From an uncultured delta proteobacterium (lineage in GTDB: Bacteria; Desulfobacterota; Syntrophia; Syntrophales; UBA5619): DNA of 64,000 nucleotides. The notes under the pieces were generated by a model. The model saw only the letters and a program-made list of their open reading frames with translations, had not been told where the DNA came from and made no database searches. This document shows, one piece after another, positions 1-11,500 of this stretch. The stretch's first letter is position 1. The number at the start of each line of letters is the position of its first letter. The stretch covers positions 96,001-160,000 of the forward strand of contig CAWFOM010000006.1 in assembly GCA_963817385.1 (NCBI GenBank), read 5' to 3'. A program made the position numbers and the translations under genes.

Positions 1-3
1 ACA

Positions 4-813
4 TTATCTTTCCTGGAGAGGGATGGGGGTAATCCCCTCAGGGATCGGCAGGGCGAATGACGCCGCGTCATCGAGCGTGCGGATCTCCGTGTAGCGCAGG
101 GCCAGCGACATGGCCTCTGAGGAAATCGTCAACCGTTGCGGCATGAAACCCTTTCCCACCCGTGTATACTCCGCAAAATCGGCGGTATAGACGATCTCCC
201 CGCTCTCGGTAAAGGTGCGAGCCCGGATGAGGACCCCCTCCGCCGGATCGATCCAGAGGGAGCGGATCTTCCTCCCGTCCCGGTACTGATCGACGCGGTA
301 AAGCCCATCCTCCCGCTCCCCCGCGAGGGAAGACGAAGTTTCCTCCTCCCCCGGCGGACGGCCCATCAGGAGGGAGACGATCTCGGCGGCCGGCAGGGCC
401 AGGGGGAAGAAGCGGGATATGGTCCAACTCGTGGCCGGACCGACGTAGAATGCACCCTTCCCGGGGAGAAAAACGCGGAGTTCGCCGCCATCGATCGACA
501 GGAAAAAATCGGGCGGGCCCAGGAGAGGTATTGATTCAAGCCGGAGATCCGCGGGTCTTCTTATCATCATCGCAGCTTTCAGAGGGTACCGTTCGCCATG
601 ATTGTTGATTTCGATCCGGGCTGTGGCGGTTACTGTTCCGATGGGTCCGGACGCTGCAAGCGCGTAAAGGGCGGCCTCAGGCAGGGTATCGTTGGCGCTA
701 CCGGGAACGGCGGCCCTCCCACCGGCACAGCCGGCCAGGAGAGGGCCGAATGCCGTGATCAGGAGCAGTATCCCGGCGCCGCGTCGGAAGCATCGATCTG
801 CTGAATGTCTCAT
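4..813 (-). CDS. Outer-membrane lipoprotein, LolB-like / DUF4292 family
   Basis: Lipobox LAGC after a hydrophobic signal; beta-rich LolA/LolB-like pattern; last gene of the ctpA-yibQ-TPR run. Confidence 0.6.
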   Translation of the reverse strand: MRHSADRCFRRGAGILLLITAFGPLLAGCAGGRAAVPGSANDTLPEAALYALAASGPIGTVTATARIEINNHGERYPLKAAMMIRRPADLRLESIPLLGPPDFFLSIDGGELRVFLPGKGAFYVGPATSWTISRFFPLALPAAEIVSLLMGRPPGEEETSSSLAGEREDGLYRVDQYRDGRKIRSLWIDPAEGVLIRARTFTESGEIVYTADFAEYTRVGKGFMPQRLTISSEAMSLALRYTEIRTLDDAASFALPIPEGITPIPLQER

Positions 814-818
814 GTGGA

Positions 819-2537
819 TCAGGGGGTCTTCTTCCGGACAAGGTCATCGAGCTTCTTCTTGAGGGCTTCGCTCTCCGGATTGAACCGGATGGCGTGCTCG
901 TACGCCTCGACGGCCTCCCGGATCTGACCGGATCTGATATAGACGTCCCCCAGGTGCTCGCTTATTGCCGCATCCTCAGGGAGGGCTTCCGCAGCTTCCT
1001 TCAGATACCGGATGGCTTCATCGAGCCTGTTCTGCCGAAAGTAGACCCATCCCAGCGAGTCGATCATATACCCGTTGCCCGGTTTCAGCTGGAGCGCCTT
1101 CTTGATCATCCTTTCCGCCTCGTCGAGGTGAATCCCTCGATCCGCATACAGGTATCCGATGAAGTTGAGGGCTTCCGCATGATCCGGATCGAGCTTCAGG
1201 ACTGTCTGCATCGCGGTAATGCTCTCCTCAAAACGGTCGGTCTTTTCGAAGAGAACGCCGAGGCCGTAGATGAGATCGACGCTGTCGGGAAGGGTCCGGA
1301 GTCCCTCCCTGAGGATCGCTTCCGCCGCAGGGAATTGTTTGTCTTCCTCATAGAGGGAGGCGAGATAGGCGTAGAGGCCCGGGGCATCCGTTCTTCTTTT
1401 TGATGGCTTTGAGGAGGGAATCGACTGCCTCGTCACCGCGCTTCTGCTTCTTTAAGATCATCGCGATGCGGATCTGTGCGTAGGTGAACTGCTCCGCCGT
1501 AACGGGGATCCGTCCCAGGGTCTCCAGCGCCTTATCATCGGCCTTGATTTCCTCGTATGTCGTGCCGAGGAGGTACATGATGCGGTATTCTGTCGGGTAT
1601 TCCTGCACCAGCGCGGCTAACTTCTCGATCGCCTTGTCACGCTGGCCACGCTCCAGGTAGATGAGCCCCAGCGTCAGGTTTATCTCACGGTTCTTCGGAT
1701 CAAGTTTCAGGACCTCCCGAAAAGCCATCTCCGCCTCATCGTAACGCTTCTCCCGGAGGAGTAGTTCGCCAAGCTTGATCCGGGCCTGGATACTGGCAGG
1801 GAACGCCTCATTTATTTTGTTGTAGACTTCGATCGCCTGGGAGATCTTTTTTTGCCGTTCGTACAGGAGGGCAAGATCGATCATGGCTGATTCGAACTCG
1901 GGCCTGAGGGCCGCGGTCTTCTTGAATCCTTCCTCGGCCTCATCGTAGCGCTGCAGATCGGCCAGGATCCTGGCAAGATAATAATTCGCCATGAAGTGGT
2001 TGGGATCGATCCGGAGCAGTTCCCTGAAACTCGGCAATGGCCTCGTCGAACTGCTTGAGCTCCGCATGGCTCGTCCCGAGATAGAAGCGGGCGGTGACAT
2101 TCTTCGGGTCCAGTTCCACCACCCGCCGGTACGCCTCTGCCGCGCTCCGGTAGTCCTTTACGTTCAGGTAGAGGCCCCCGAGAAGGAGGAGGGTATCGAT
2201 GTCATTCGGATATTCAACAAGGGTTTGCTTGCAGATCGCCAGGGCCTTATCCGTCTCCCCTTTTTCCGCGTAAAAAGAGGCGATTTCCTTTGCGAGATAG
2301 GGGGAAGAGGGATCGAGGCGGCGGGCCTCTTCCATCTCCCGAATCGCCTCCCCCATATTTTCGTTGAGCGCCTGAAGGATGGCCAGGGAATAGTGAAATG
2401 CCGCCCCGGCCGGTGAGTGGGCCGGAGCGGGTTGCGGCGGAGCGGCGCTCTCCCGCGAGGGGGAGGGCGGCGCATCCCGAAAGTGTCGGGATCATCAGAA
2501 AAAGGAGGTATATGCTGCAGAAAACGTTCCTTGTCAT
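819..2537 (-). CDS. Tetratricopeptide-repeat lipoprotein, split by about 3 frameshifts (~2420, ~2028, ~1392; probably assembly indels)
   Basis: Lipobox LSGC in 2537-2247; continuous TPR repeats across ORFs 2356-1940, 2100-1348 and 1436-819 (ALNFIGYLYADRG, DSLGWVYF). Confidence 0.8.
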
Positions 2538-3490
2538 TTCACGGTTTCCTTCCTGTCACCATTTTGCATGCTACCGATTATTTGTGCGTGCATCTTTTTT
2601 TCTTTTCCTCCGGGCGCGCCGAGGTAAGCGGAGACGGAGATCATCCGCACCCCGTCCTCCTGCCAGAGCGACTGGGCATCCCGTAACGCTCGTATCGTCG
2701 CGGGATGGGGATGGCCGATCATCAAGAGCGGTTTCCCCTGTTCCCAACCCCGCCAGGGCGGGTGCGTGAGATTCGAAAGGGCGGCGGCATAACCCGGCGT
2801 ATGATCGATGAAGACCGCCCGGGCAGCGAACCGGACACCTGCCCTGGCGGCCGCCGACCGTGCCCGTGAATGAGGGGTGGTCAGGCTGTCCACAAAGAAG
2901 AGGTCCCTTTTCGAGAGCTCCTGCATGACGACGGCAAGCCTGGTCTCATCCTCCATGAACCGGGAGCCCATATGGTTGTTTACCCCCGAGACGTAGGGAA
3001 CCGCAGCCAGATCCGCTTCGATCTGTCTCACGATTGCCGCATCGTCCATATCGACAAAGAGCGCTCCCGTGCCGGGATCCTCCGCCGGGTAGGAATGCGG
3101 TTCCATCGGCAGGTGGAGGAGGATCTCCTTCCCCGCCGTATGGAGGAGTCTGGCCGCCTCCGCGGCATGAGGGGTGTGGGGGAGGATGGCAAAGGCGATT
3201 GGCGCTCTGATTCGTGCCAGTTCCTCCACCAAGCCGAGATCGAAGCCGATATCGTCGATGATGACGGCGATCCGCCGTCCTTGGCCCTCTGCCCCGGGCC
3301 GCTTCCACTTCTGCGATTCCGGTTTCAACGCTCGTCCCCGGGGTTGCGTTGTGCGGCTATCGGAGACGACGGTTTGATCGGTCCTGCGGACGATTACCCG
3401 CTCCAGAAAAATGACTGCCGCCGCGATCAGGGCGGCGGCAATGATCACGGTTAGGAAGGGAAATCGCCTGAAACTCCTGAAAAATTTCAT
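2534..3490 (-). CDS. Divergent polysaccharide deacetylase family protein (YibQ-like)
   Basis: IAVIIDDIG, LLHLPMEP, GVNNHMGS, FFVDSLT and IGHP motifs; downstream of ctpA. Confidence 0.9.
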   Translation of the reverse strand: MKFFRSFRRFPFLTVIIAAALIAAAVIFLERVIVRRTDQTVVSDSRTTQPRGRALKPESQKWKRPGAEGQGRRIAVIIDDIGFDLGLVEELARIRAPIAFAILPHTPHAAEAARLLHTAGKEILLHLPMEPHSYPAEDPGTGALFVDMDDAAIVRQIEADLAAVPYVSGVNNHMGSRFMEDETRLAVVMQELSKRDLFFVDSLTTPHSRARSAAARAGVRFAARAVFIDHTPGYAAALSNLTHPPWRGWEQGKPLLMIGHPHPATIRALRDAQSLWQEDGVRMISVSAYLGAPGGKEKKMHAQIIGSMQNGDRKETVK

Positions 3491-3512
3491 GCATCGTGTC
3501 TGCCGACGACGT

Positions 3513-4835
3513 TCATCCTTTCATGTTCCTCTTAAGAATATCCCAGCTTTTTAGGATGTCGATCGCATTCTTCAACTGATTATCTTGGGCCAAGGTGTCG
3601 GGTTCCTTCTTCGGATCTTCTTTCGAATCCACCGGTTTGGATTCGAGCTCCTTGGCCGATTTGATATGGCCCTGCAGGTCCCGCTCCCGGATCCGCATCT
3701 GCTGTTCTTCGGCGCCGTTCTTCTCTTCAGCCGGCCGGATAAGTTTCACGACGATATCAGGGGTAATCCCCTCCGCCTGGATGGATCGTCCCTTGGGGGT
3801 ATAGTATTTGGCCGTCGTCAGCTTCAGCGCCCCGCCGTCTTCCAGGGGGATGACCGTCTGCACGGACCCTTTGCCGAATGTCTGCGCCCCCAGGATCACC
3901 GCCCGCCCGTTGTCCTGCAGGGCTCCGGAGACGATCTCCGCGGCGCTGGCTGTGCCCTCATTGACGATCACGACGATTGGACAGGTAGGTTCATCCCCGT
4001 CGTCTTTCGCCATGGCTTTACTTTCCATGCTTTTTGACCGGCCGCGCGTGGAAACGATAATCCCCGATTTCAGGAAGAGGTCCGATACTTCTACGGACTG
4101 ATTGAGGAGGCCGCCGGGGTTGTTTCTCATGTCGATGACGAGCCCTGTCAGGGGGGTTGCCTTTGCATCGATCTCCTTAAGGGTCTTTTTCACATCATCG
4201 ACCGTCCGCTCCTGAAACGAGGCAATCCGGATGTAGCCGATCTGATTGTCGTAGATTTTTGACTTGACGCTCTTGATCTTGATGATGCTGCGGGTGATCA
4301 CGAAATCCTTCGGTTTAGTCATCCCTTCACGGAATATGGTGATGGTTACCTTCGTGTCCCGGGGGCCCCGGAGCTTTTTGACTGCTTCCGTGATCGTGAT
4401 GTCCTTTGTCGATTTGTCGTCGATCTTGATGATCTGGTCGCCCGCCTTGAGCCCGGCGTTGAAGGCTGGGGTGTCTTCAATAGGGGAGACGATGGTGAGC
4501 ACATCTTTGAGGATCGTGATCTCGATCCCGAGCCCGCCGAAGCTCCCGCGGGTCTCCACCTCCAGTTCCTTGTACATGTCCGCGGTCATGAAGCTGCTGT
4601 GGGGGTCGAGGGATTTTATCATCCCGTTGATCGCTCCCTGTATCAGCTTGTCGCTCTCTACCGGTTCCACGTAGTTTTTTTCCACCATGTCCAGAACCTC
4701 ACTGAAGGTCTTGAGGTTCTTGTAGGTATTCCGGTCAATGGCCGAGACGCGGCTGTCGCCGTAGGGTCCGAGCAGGATCAGGACGGTCAGAAAGGCAAGC
4801 AGGACGACTGCCTTCTTGGTAAAAAAGATATTCAT
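3513..4835 (-). CDS. ctpA: C-terminal processing peptidase, S41 family with PDZ domain
   Basis: LDPHS, GGLGIEI, DMRNNPGGLL, TASAAEIVSGALQD and TFGKGSVQ motifs. Confidence 0.95.
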   Translation of the reverse strand: MNIFFTKKAVVLLAFLTVLILLGPYGDSRVSAIDRNTYKNLKTFSEVLDMVEKNYVEPVESDKLIQGAINGMIKSLDPHSSFMTADMYKELEVETRGSFGGLGIEITILKDVLTIVSPIEDTPAFNAGLKAGDQIIKIDDKSTKDITITEAVKKLRGPRDTKVTITIFREGMTKPKDFVITRSIIKIKSVKSKIYDNQIGYIRIASFQERTVDDVKKTLKEIDAKATPLTGLVIDMRNNPGGLLNQSVEVSDLFLKSGIIVSTRGRSKSMESKAMAKDDGDEPTCPIVVIVNEGTASAAEIVSGALQDNGRAVILGAQTFGKGSVQTVIPLEDGGALKLTTAKYYTPKGRSIQAEGITPDIVVKLIRPAEEKNGAEEQQMRIRERDLQGHIKSAKELESKPVDSKEDPKKEPDTLAQDNQLKNAIDILKSWDILKRNMKG

Positions 4836-5159
4836 CTAATTTTCCTCCACGGTTGAGTCGAAATCAATCATACCAGCTAGTATAGCAATATCACTTTTTT
4901 TACAAATTTCCATCACTTTTTCCGCGCCCGATGATGAATGCGACTGTGCGCTTGGAGGAAGCTTAGGAACGCTACACGGTGAACGACAGCAGTCACCTGT
5001 TGAAAATCTGAGACCATGGATTAAAATTATTTGCCGTAACGACAATTTATGTGTAAAAGCTTAAAATCGCCTTTCTCGGGGAGCTTAGGGGTAATAGGGC
5101 GATGATCGGTCAGGACAGGATTTTTCTTAAAACGGTGCAACGGCCCTGAAGGGGGGGAT

Positions 5160-5363
5160 ATGTCTGAGGATAATTGGCTGCGAAGGCTTTCCCGGTCAGG
5201 GGATGACCGGTGGATAGGGGGTGTCTGCGGCGGACTGGGCGACCATACGCCGATCCCCTCCTGGGCGTGGCGGGTGCTGTTTTCCCTGCTCTTTTTTTGT
5301 TTTGGTACGGGATTGCTCTTGTATATCCTGTTGTGGGTGTTCATGCCGAAAGAACAGCCTTGA
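5160..5363 (+). CDS. pspC: PspC-domain protein
   Basis: LSRSGDDRWIGGVCGGLG...YILLWVFMP; G-rich RBS upstream. Confidence 0.85.
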   Translation: MSEDNWLRRLSRSGDDRWIGGVCGGLGDHTPIPSWAWRVLFSLLFFCFGTGLLLYILLWVFMPKEQP

Positions 5364-5594
5364 CGGCTTCGGGAAAAGTCCCTATGCTGCGCTCACATTG
5401 CAGCGCTTGTCGGCGCGGCGCACGCCGAAGTATACGCCTCATTCCGAGGGACCGGGAGCGCAACCCGGAAGCCCCGCTTGCGGGGCGAGGGGGCGCAATA
5501 AATAAAAGGATCTTCTTCCTTGCCGGGACTATCCGCACTGAGGGTGAAAAGTCAATTGCGTGCTTTGCCGCTGGAGCTTTTTCCCGAAGCCGCC
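5362..5594. mobile_element. MITE-like element with ~20 bp imperfect terminal inverted repeats
   Basis: Left end GACGGCTTCGGGAAAAGTCC; right end GGAGCTTTTTCCCGAAGCCGCC; internal blocks shared with the element at 11242-11415. Confidence 0.65.
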
Positions 5595-5655
5595 TCGGAT
5601 TTGTTGCTTTGCCGAATTTGTTACAGGAACATCAATCTTAAAGGAGATAAAGACG

Positions 5656-5946
5656 ATGAAGAAATCCGATTTGATCATGGCGCTGTCCGAAAAGGAAAGC
5701 ATCCGGGAACAGGAGGCGTTTGAAATCGTGAATCTGGTATTTGACGGATTCACCGATACCCTCCGGAAGGGGGGGCGGATTGAAATCAGGGGATTCGGGA
5801 GTTTTACCATCCGCGACTATCCCCCTTATCTGGGAAAGAATCCGAAAACCGGGCAGCGCGTCAAGGTCGGCCCAAAGAAATTGCCCTACTTCAAGGTTGG
5901 AAAGGAATTGAAGGAAGGGGTTAACCATGGGAAAACAAGCAAGTAA
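5656..5946 (+). CDS. ihfB: Integration host factor beta / HU-family DNA-binding protein
   Basis: MKKSDLI...GGRIEIRGFGSF...GKNPKTG...PYFKVGKELKE; AAGGAG RBS. Confidence 0.85.
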   Translation: MKKSDLIMALSEKESIREQEAFEIVNLVFDGFTDTLRKGGRIEIRGFGSFTIRDYPPYLGKNPKTGQRVKVGPKKLPYFKVGKELKEGVNHGKTSK

Positions 5947-5956
5947 TAGCGAAGTT

Positions 5957-7624
5957 TCAAACGGGAGGGCGTAAAATGCCTGCCGCCGAAAATGCGCCAT
6001 TGACGATGGTCGCGGCTTCCTGCTCAATCCTTCGCAGGTGCCCTTCCCCCAGGAAGCTCTCCGCGTAGATCTTGTAAATGTCCTCCGTGCCCGACGGGCG
6101 GGCGGCAAACCATCCGTTTGCGGCAACGACTTTGAGGCCCCCGATGTCGGCATTGTTGCCGGGTGCGCGGGTTAATGCGGCAAGGACAGGCTCGCCGGCA
6201 AGCTCTTTGGCGGTAATCATCCCGGCAGAAAGCCCTTTGAACGCCGCCTTCTGTTCGGGTGTTGCCGGGGTATCGAGACGCGCATAGAAAGCGACGCCGA
6301 ACCGGTTCTCAAGATCCCGGTAGGCCAAGGCGGGATCCTTGCCGGTTTTTGCCGTAAGCTCACAGGCGAGCAGATCCATGATGATGCCGTCCTTGTCCGT
6401 CGTCCATACCGTGCCATCCCTTCTGAGGAATGAAGCCCCGGCGCTCTCCTCCCCGCCGAAACCGGTGGAGCCTTCAAGGAGACCGGCCACGAACCATTTG
6501 AAGCCCACGGGAACCTCGCACAGCCGCCTCCCGAGATCCGCGGCGACGCGATCGAGCATGGATGTGGAGACCAGCGTTTTCCCCACCGCCGCATCCGTTC
6601 TCCACCCCGGTCGATTCCGGAAGAGGTACGCAACCGCGGCGGACAGGTAGTGGTTGGGATTCATCAGCCCCGCGCCCCGGGTGACGATGCCGTGGCGGTC
6701 AGCGTCCGTGTCGTTGCCGAAGGCGATGTCAAAATTGTCCTTCAACCGGATCAGGCCTTCCATGGCATAGGGCGAAGAGCAGTCCATCCGGATCTTACCG
6801 TCCCTGTCAACGGTCATGAAAGAGAACGTGGGGTCAACGACCCGGTTCACCACCGTAAGCGAAATGCCGTAGCGTTCGGCGATAGGGTCCCAGAAGTCCA
6901 CCGCCGCCCCCCCGAGCGGGTCCACGCCGATTCTGAGTCCTTCTGCCGCGATTGCTTCCATGTCGATGACATTCCGAAGATCTTCCACATAGGGGGTCAC
7001 ATAATCATATTCCTGGATCGATCCCGTTTTCAGCGCCCGTTCAAAAGGGACTCTGCGGATCTTCCCGATTCCCGAAGCAAGGAGTGCATTTGCCCGCTCT
7101 TCAATGATCCTGGTTGTTCCCGTATCCGCCGGTCCGCCTTCGGGCGGGTTGTACTTGAATCCGCCGTCCTCCGGCGGGTTGTGGGAAGGGGTAATGACCA
7201 CCCCGTCGGCGAACCCGTTTTTCCTGCCCCGGTTGTATGTCAGGATGGCATGCGATATGACCGGCGTCGGCGTGTACCGCAGAGCCCGCTGGATCATCAC
7301 GTCCATTCGGTGGGCGGCAAAGACCTCGATCGCGGTGGCCAGCGCCGCTTCGGACAGGGCATGGGTGTCCATGCCCATGAAGAGCGGTCCCTCGATCCCT
7401 TCTGATTTCCGGTATTCGCAGATGGCCTGACTGATCGCCAGGATGTGTCCCTCGTTGAAGCTGTTTCGGAAAGAGGACCCCCGGTGGCCCGACGTTCCGA
7501 ACGCGACCCGCTGAGCGGGATCCGCGGCGTCGGGCGTATGGGTGTAATATGCGGAGATGAGCCGCGGGATGTTGGCAAGGATGGATCTCGGCGCCGGCTT
7601 GCCGGCAAGCTCATGGACGCTCAT
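5957..7624 (-). CDS. pgm: Phosphoglucomutase (alpha-D-glucose-1,6-bisphosphate-dependent)
   Basis: [30 protein letters not shown] and RPSGTE motifs. Confidence 0.95.
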   Translation of the reverse strand: MSVHELAGKPAPRSILANIPRLISAYYTHTPDAADPAQRVAFGTSGHRGSSFRNSFNEGHILAISQAICEYRKSEGIEGPLFMGMDTHALSEAALATAIEVFAAHRMDVMIQRALRYTPTPVISHAILTYNRGRKNGFADGVVITPSHNPPEDGGFKYNPPEGGPADTGTTRIIEERANALLASGIGKIRRVPFERALKTGSIQEYDYVTPYVEDLRNVIDMEAIAAEGLRIGVDPLGGAAVDFWDPIAERYGISLTVVNRVVDPTFSFMTVDRDGKIRMDCSSPYAMEGLIRLKDNFDIAFGNDTDADRHGIVTRGAGLMNPNHYLSAAVAYLFRNRPGWRTDAAVGKTLVSTSMLDRVAADLGRRLCEVPVGFKWFVAGLLEGSTGFGGEESAGASFLRRDGTVWTTDKDGIIMDLLACELTAKTGKDPALAYRDLENRFGVAFYARLDTPATPEQKAAFKGLSAGMITAKELAGEPVLAALTRAPGNNADIGGLKVVAANGWFAARPSGTEDIYKIYAESFLGEGHLRRIEQEAATIVNGAFSAAGILRPPV

Positions 7625-9095
7625 GTTTCCCCTCCGATTGCTTGTTCACCGGTGAGTCCTTCGTTGCTTTTCCCCTGATCTGGATGATCTCCATGCGGTT
7701 GTTTGCCTCCGGGTGTTGCGATGACGGCCCTTCGGTCAGGATCGCAAGATCTCCTTCCATCTCATGCGTACTCACCCAATCTCGCAGATAAGAAGTCCAG
7801 TCCTTCGGGTGATCGGGCTCGTACAATGGATAAACCCCGCCGCTGAACAGGAGCTGCTGGCAGGTTGCCTCCCGGGAGCTTATCCCCACGATCCATACCG
7901 GGGGCTTGAAACGGGCGATGGAGCGGGCCGTCTGGCCGCTGTGGGTGGGAACAAATACGGCCGCCGGGGAGATGCGCTCCAGGGTCGACTCGACGCTCAA
8001 GGCGATCAGGTCCGTTATGCCGATCGGCACCGCGAGGCCGCGGTTCAGGAGAGCCTCCTTGAGATCGTGGCGCGAGCGGTGCGGCTCCGTTGCCGCGGCA
8101 ATCTTCGCCAGCATGGCTACGACCTCCACCGGATATTTCCCCATGGCCGACTCTTCCGAGAGCATGACGCAGTCCGTGCCATCGAGCACGGCGTTTGCCA
8201 CATCGGTCGACTCCGCCCGGGTGGGACGCCGGTTGTCCGTCATGGACTCCAGCATCTGCGTGGCGGTGATAACAGGTTTCCCCACGCTGTTTGCGCTGTG
8301 GATAAGCCGCTTCTGAACGATGGCGATCTGTTCGATCGGTATCTCCACCCCGAGGTCTCCCCGCGCAACCATGATGCCGTCCGCCGCCGCGAGGATATCG
8401 TCCATATGCTCCAGGGCCTTGGAGCGTTCGATCTTTGCGATGATGAACGGGTGGTAACCGAGTGCGGCAGCCGCCTTCCGCACGGCAATGATGTCTGCCG
8501 CATTCTCGATAAAGGACTGACTGACCGCATCCACCCCCTCGGTAAAGGCAAATTCCAGGCACTCCCGGTCGTGATCGGTAAAGGCGCTGATACCGAGGTC
8601 GATGCCGGGCAGGTTGAGACCTTTGTGGGAACGCAATTCCCCTCCCACGAGCACCCGGCAGGCGACCTCCTGGCCCTCCACGGTCAGTGTCTCAAGCTGG
8701 ATGAGGCCGTCATTCAAGAACAGGGTATCGCCGGGCCTAAGCGCCTGGGGGAGGCCGATGAAACTCACCGAAACCCGCTCGGCATCTCCGGTAATCGTCC
8801 GGGTGGTGAGCGTGAAGGAGGCCCCCGGCTGCAACTCGACGGGCTCGGCAGCCAGCCGGCCGATCCGCATCTTCGGACCGGGCAGGTCGGCCATGATGGC
8901 GATCCGCTTTCCTACCGCGGAGGCCGCCGCGCGGAGGTTGTCGATCACCCGTTTATGCCCGCCGAAATCGCCGTGCGCGAAATTGATTCGGGCCACATTC
9001 ATCCCGGCCTGTATCATCGCTTCCATGACCGCACATGACTCCGATGCCGGTCCGATGGTCGCCACAATTTTAGTTTTCTGTGCCGGAAGTTTCAT
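7611..9095 (-). CDS. pyk: Pyruvate kinase
   Basis: [33 protein letters not shown] and PTRAE motifs. Confidence 0.95.
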   Translation of the reverse strand: MKLPAQKTKIVATIGPASESCAVMEAMIQAGMNVARINFAHGDFGGHKRVIDNLRAAASAVGKRIAIMADLPGPKMRIGRLAAEPVELQPGASFTLTTRTITGDAERVSVSFIGLPQALRPGDTLFLNDGLIQLETLTVEGQEVACRVLVGGELRSHKGLNLPGIDLGISAFTDHDRECLEFAFTEGVDAVSQSFIENAADIIAVRKAAAALGYHPFIIAKIERSKALEHMDDILAAADGIMVARGDLGVEIPIEQIAIVQKRLIHSANSVGKPVITATQMLESMTDNRRPTRAESTDVANAVLDGTDCVMLSEESAMGKYPVEVVAMLAKIAAATEPHRSRHDLKEALLNRGLAVPIGITDLIALSVESTLERISPAAVFVPTHSGQTARSIARFKPPVWIVGISSREATCQQLLFSGGVYPLYEPDHPKDWTSYLRDWVSTHEMEGDLAILTEGPSSQHPEANNRMEIIQIRGKATKDSPVNKQSEGKHERP

Positions 9096-9186
9096 GAGGA
9101 GCTTTCTCCTTATTCGGTGCTCGCCAAAGGTTTTCGTGACATTCTTGCCATCATGATACTCCTAACGAAGAAGTTATGCATCACTC

Positions 9187-9306
9187 ATTGAAGCCCTCCT
9201 TGAGCAAGCTGCGGAGAATCTCCGATTCTTCAGAGGAACAAACCATTTCATTAGTGCGCGCATTTCCCGCGGCAAGCCGCGGTGCGTGCGCTCGCGGGTG
9301 GATTCA
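9187..9306. repeat. REP/PATE-like element with two GCAAGC-centred palindromes
   Basis: Degenerate CTCC..AGCAAGCTGCGGAG and perfect CCGCGGC-AA-GCCGCGG (9267-9282); TTGAA...TTCA ends; intergenic. Confidence 0.5.
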
Positions 9307-9324
9307 CTCAACGGGGAGAAACGT

Positions 9325-11226
9325 TCACTCGCCGGACTGAAGGGCCATCTCCTCCAGCAGCTCCCAACGGGCATAGGACGCAGACAGATCCAACTCCACC
9401 TGATCCAGCCTGGTCTGCAGCCGGACGATATCTTCTCCCGAGGTTTTGTACAGGGCCGGATCGGCCATGGCGGCATACAGGGCTTGTTGCTCCTTCTCGA
9501 GTGCTGCAATCGTGTCCGGCAGTTTTTCGCGTTCGAGCTGTTCCTTGAACGTGAGCCTGCGGGGGCCGGTGGGTGAGCTGCGGGGCTTCGCCTTTTTCGG
9601 TTTCTGTATGGGGGCGCTTCCCGACTCCGCCGGAGGACGCTGGCGCAGCCAGTCGTCATAGCCGCCGCAATATTCCCGCACGGTGCCCTCACCTTCAAAG
9701 ACGAGGGTGGAGGTGGCGACATTGTTCAGGAAGGCACGGTCATGGCTTACCATGAGGATGGTCCCGGAATAATCGATCAGCATCGCCTCCAGCAGTTCGA
9801 GCGTTTCCGCATCCAGGTCGTTGGTGGGCTCGTCCAGGACCAGCACATTGGATGGTCGGGTGAAGAGTTTGGCCAGCAGGAGGCGGTTGCGCTCCCCTCC
9901 CGACAGCGAGGTGATGGGGGCCCGGGCCTGGACGGCGGTAAAGAGGAAGTCCTGGAGATAGCCGATGACATTCCGCGGTTTGCCGTTGACCAGGACCGTA
10001 TCGCCGTCATTGACGACGTTCTGCTGGAGGGTTTTGTCCTCATCGAGCTGTGCCCGGAGCTGATCGAAATAGGCCACTTGCAGGTTCATCCCATGCCGTA
10101 CGCTCCCGCTGTCCGGTCGTATCTCTCCTAACAGGATGCGCAGGAGCGTGGTCTTCCCGCAGCCATTGGGCCCGATGATCCCGACCTTATCGTCCCGCAT
10201 GATGGTGGTGGAAAAATCCGCCAGAATCGGACTCTCACCATAGGAAAAAGTGATCTTCCCGGCTTCGATGACCAGACGTCCCGACCGTTCGGCTTCCTGC
10301 TGTACGAGGCGCACATTGCCGATTGCTCGGCGGCGCCGCGCGACCTCCGCGCGCATCTCCATCAGAGCCCGCACCCGGCCTTCGTTGCGGGTGCGGCGGG
10401 CCTTGACACCCTGCCGGATCCAGGTCTCTTCCCGTTTGACCCGGTTGTCGAACCGGGCATTCTGAGCCGCTTCAAGATCGAGGAGTTCCTCCTTGCGTCC
10501 GATGTAGTTCTCATAATCGCCGGGAAAGGAGATCAGCTTGCCCCGGTCGATCTCCACGATGCGCGTGGCCAGGCGTCCGAGGAAGGCCCGATCGTGGGTG
10601 ACGAAAAGCAACGTCCTGACGAAACGCAGGAGAAACTCTTCCATCCAAAGGATGGCATCTATGTCCAGGTGGTTTGTCGGCTCGTCCAGGAGCAGGATGT
10701 CGGGATCGCCCGCGAGCGCCCGCGCGAGGGAGACCCGCCGTTTGAGACCGGCGGAGAGCGTACGGCATTGGGCCTCTTCATCGAGCCCCGTGCGGGAAAT
10801 GACCGTCCGGATCTGCTGGTGCATCTGCCAGGCGCCGGCCGCCTCGAGGTCGCACCGCAGCCGGTCGCGGCTTTCCAAAAGGTCCCGGTAACCCGCCCCA
10901 TCAGGCTCACGGCTGATCCGGTGATACTTGCCGAGCAAGGCAATAGAGTGCGGCTGCCCGGCGGCGACGCAATCGTAGACGGTGCCGTCGAGGTCGAGCG
11001 GCACCTCCTGGGCCAGAAGGGCGGTTTTCAGTCCCGGGGAGCGGGTGAGAGTGCCGCTGTCGGGCGGCAGATCGCCGTTGACCAGCTTCAGCAGGGTGGA
11101 CTTACCCGCGCCGTTGCGGCCGATCAGGCAGATGCGCTCCCCGCGTTCGATCTGCAGATCCGTCCCGTCGAGGAGCGCCTCTCCGCCGAAGCCGAGGCTC
11201 ACCTCCTTCAAGGTTACCAGTGCCAT
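9325..11226 (-). CDS. uup: ABC-F family ATPase, Uup-like
   Basis: Two ABC domains (GRNGAGKST, GPNGCGKTT, LLDEPTNHLD, LDEPTNDLD), KARRTRNEGRVRAL linker, C-terminal coiled coil; start taken at MALV. Confidence 0.92.
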   Translation of the reverse strand: MALVTLKEVSLGFGGEALLDGTDLQIERGERICLIGRNGAGKSTLLKLVNGDLPPDSGTLTRSPGLKTALLAQEVPLDLDGTVYDCVAAGQPHSIALLGKYHRISREPDGAGYRDLLESRDRLRCDLEAAGAWQMHQQIRTVISRTGLDEEAQCRTLSAGLKRRVSLARALAGDPDILLLDEPTNHLDIDAILWMEEFLLRFVRTLLFVTHDRAFLGRLATRIVEIDRGKLISFPGDYENYIGRKEELLDLEAAQNARFDNRVKREETWIRQGVKARRTRNEGRVRALMEMRAEVARRRRAIGNVRLVQQEAERSGRLVIEAGKITFSYGESPILADFSTTIMRDDKVGIIGPNGCGKTTLLRILLGEIRPDSGSVRHGMNLQVAYFDQLRAQLDEDKTLQQNVVNDGDTVLVNGKPRNVIGYLQDFLFTAVQARAPITSLSGGERNRLLLAKLFTRPSNVLVLDEPTNDLDAETLELLEAMLIDYSGTILMVSHDRAFLNNVATSTLVFEGEGTVREYCGGYDDWLRQRPPAESGSAPIQKPKKAKPRSSPTGPRRLTFKEQLEREKLPDTIAALEKEQQALYAAMADPALYKTSGEDIVRLQTRLDQVELDLSASYARWELLEEMALQSGE

Positions 11227-11241
11227 CTGCTCGTCCTTATC

Positions 11242-11415
11242 GGGCTGTTGAAAAATGTTCATCTACTCAGCGTTGCGCTCCAAACCTCCCCGGATCGAGT
11301 CCGGGGCAGGTGTGCTCAACGTATATTACTATACGCCTCGCTCGTGAAGTCATTGCGCGCCTTGCATCTAACCGTTTTTGAACAGCCTGCAAACCAGGGT
11401 GTTTTTCAACACCCT
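11242..11415. mobile_element. MITE-like element with a nested REP palindrome
   Basis: Left end GGCTGTTGAAAAAT; right ends GTTTTTGAACAGCC (~11374-11387) and GTTTTTCAACACCC (11401-11414); nested CCCCGGA-TCGAG-TCCGGGG at 11288-11306. Confidence 0.65.
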
Positions 11416-11500
11416 TCTATAGGCTCGGTTTCACTATGCCGGCCGGCTTGCCTGAAGTCGCCCACTGCCGTGAAACAACCTGCGCTTGACTGTGCGGCAT

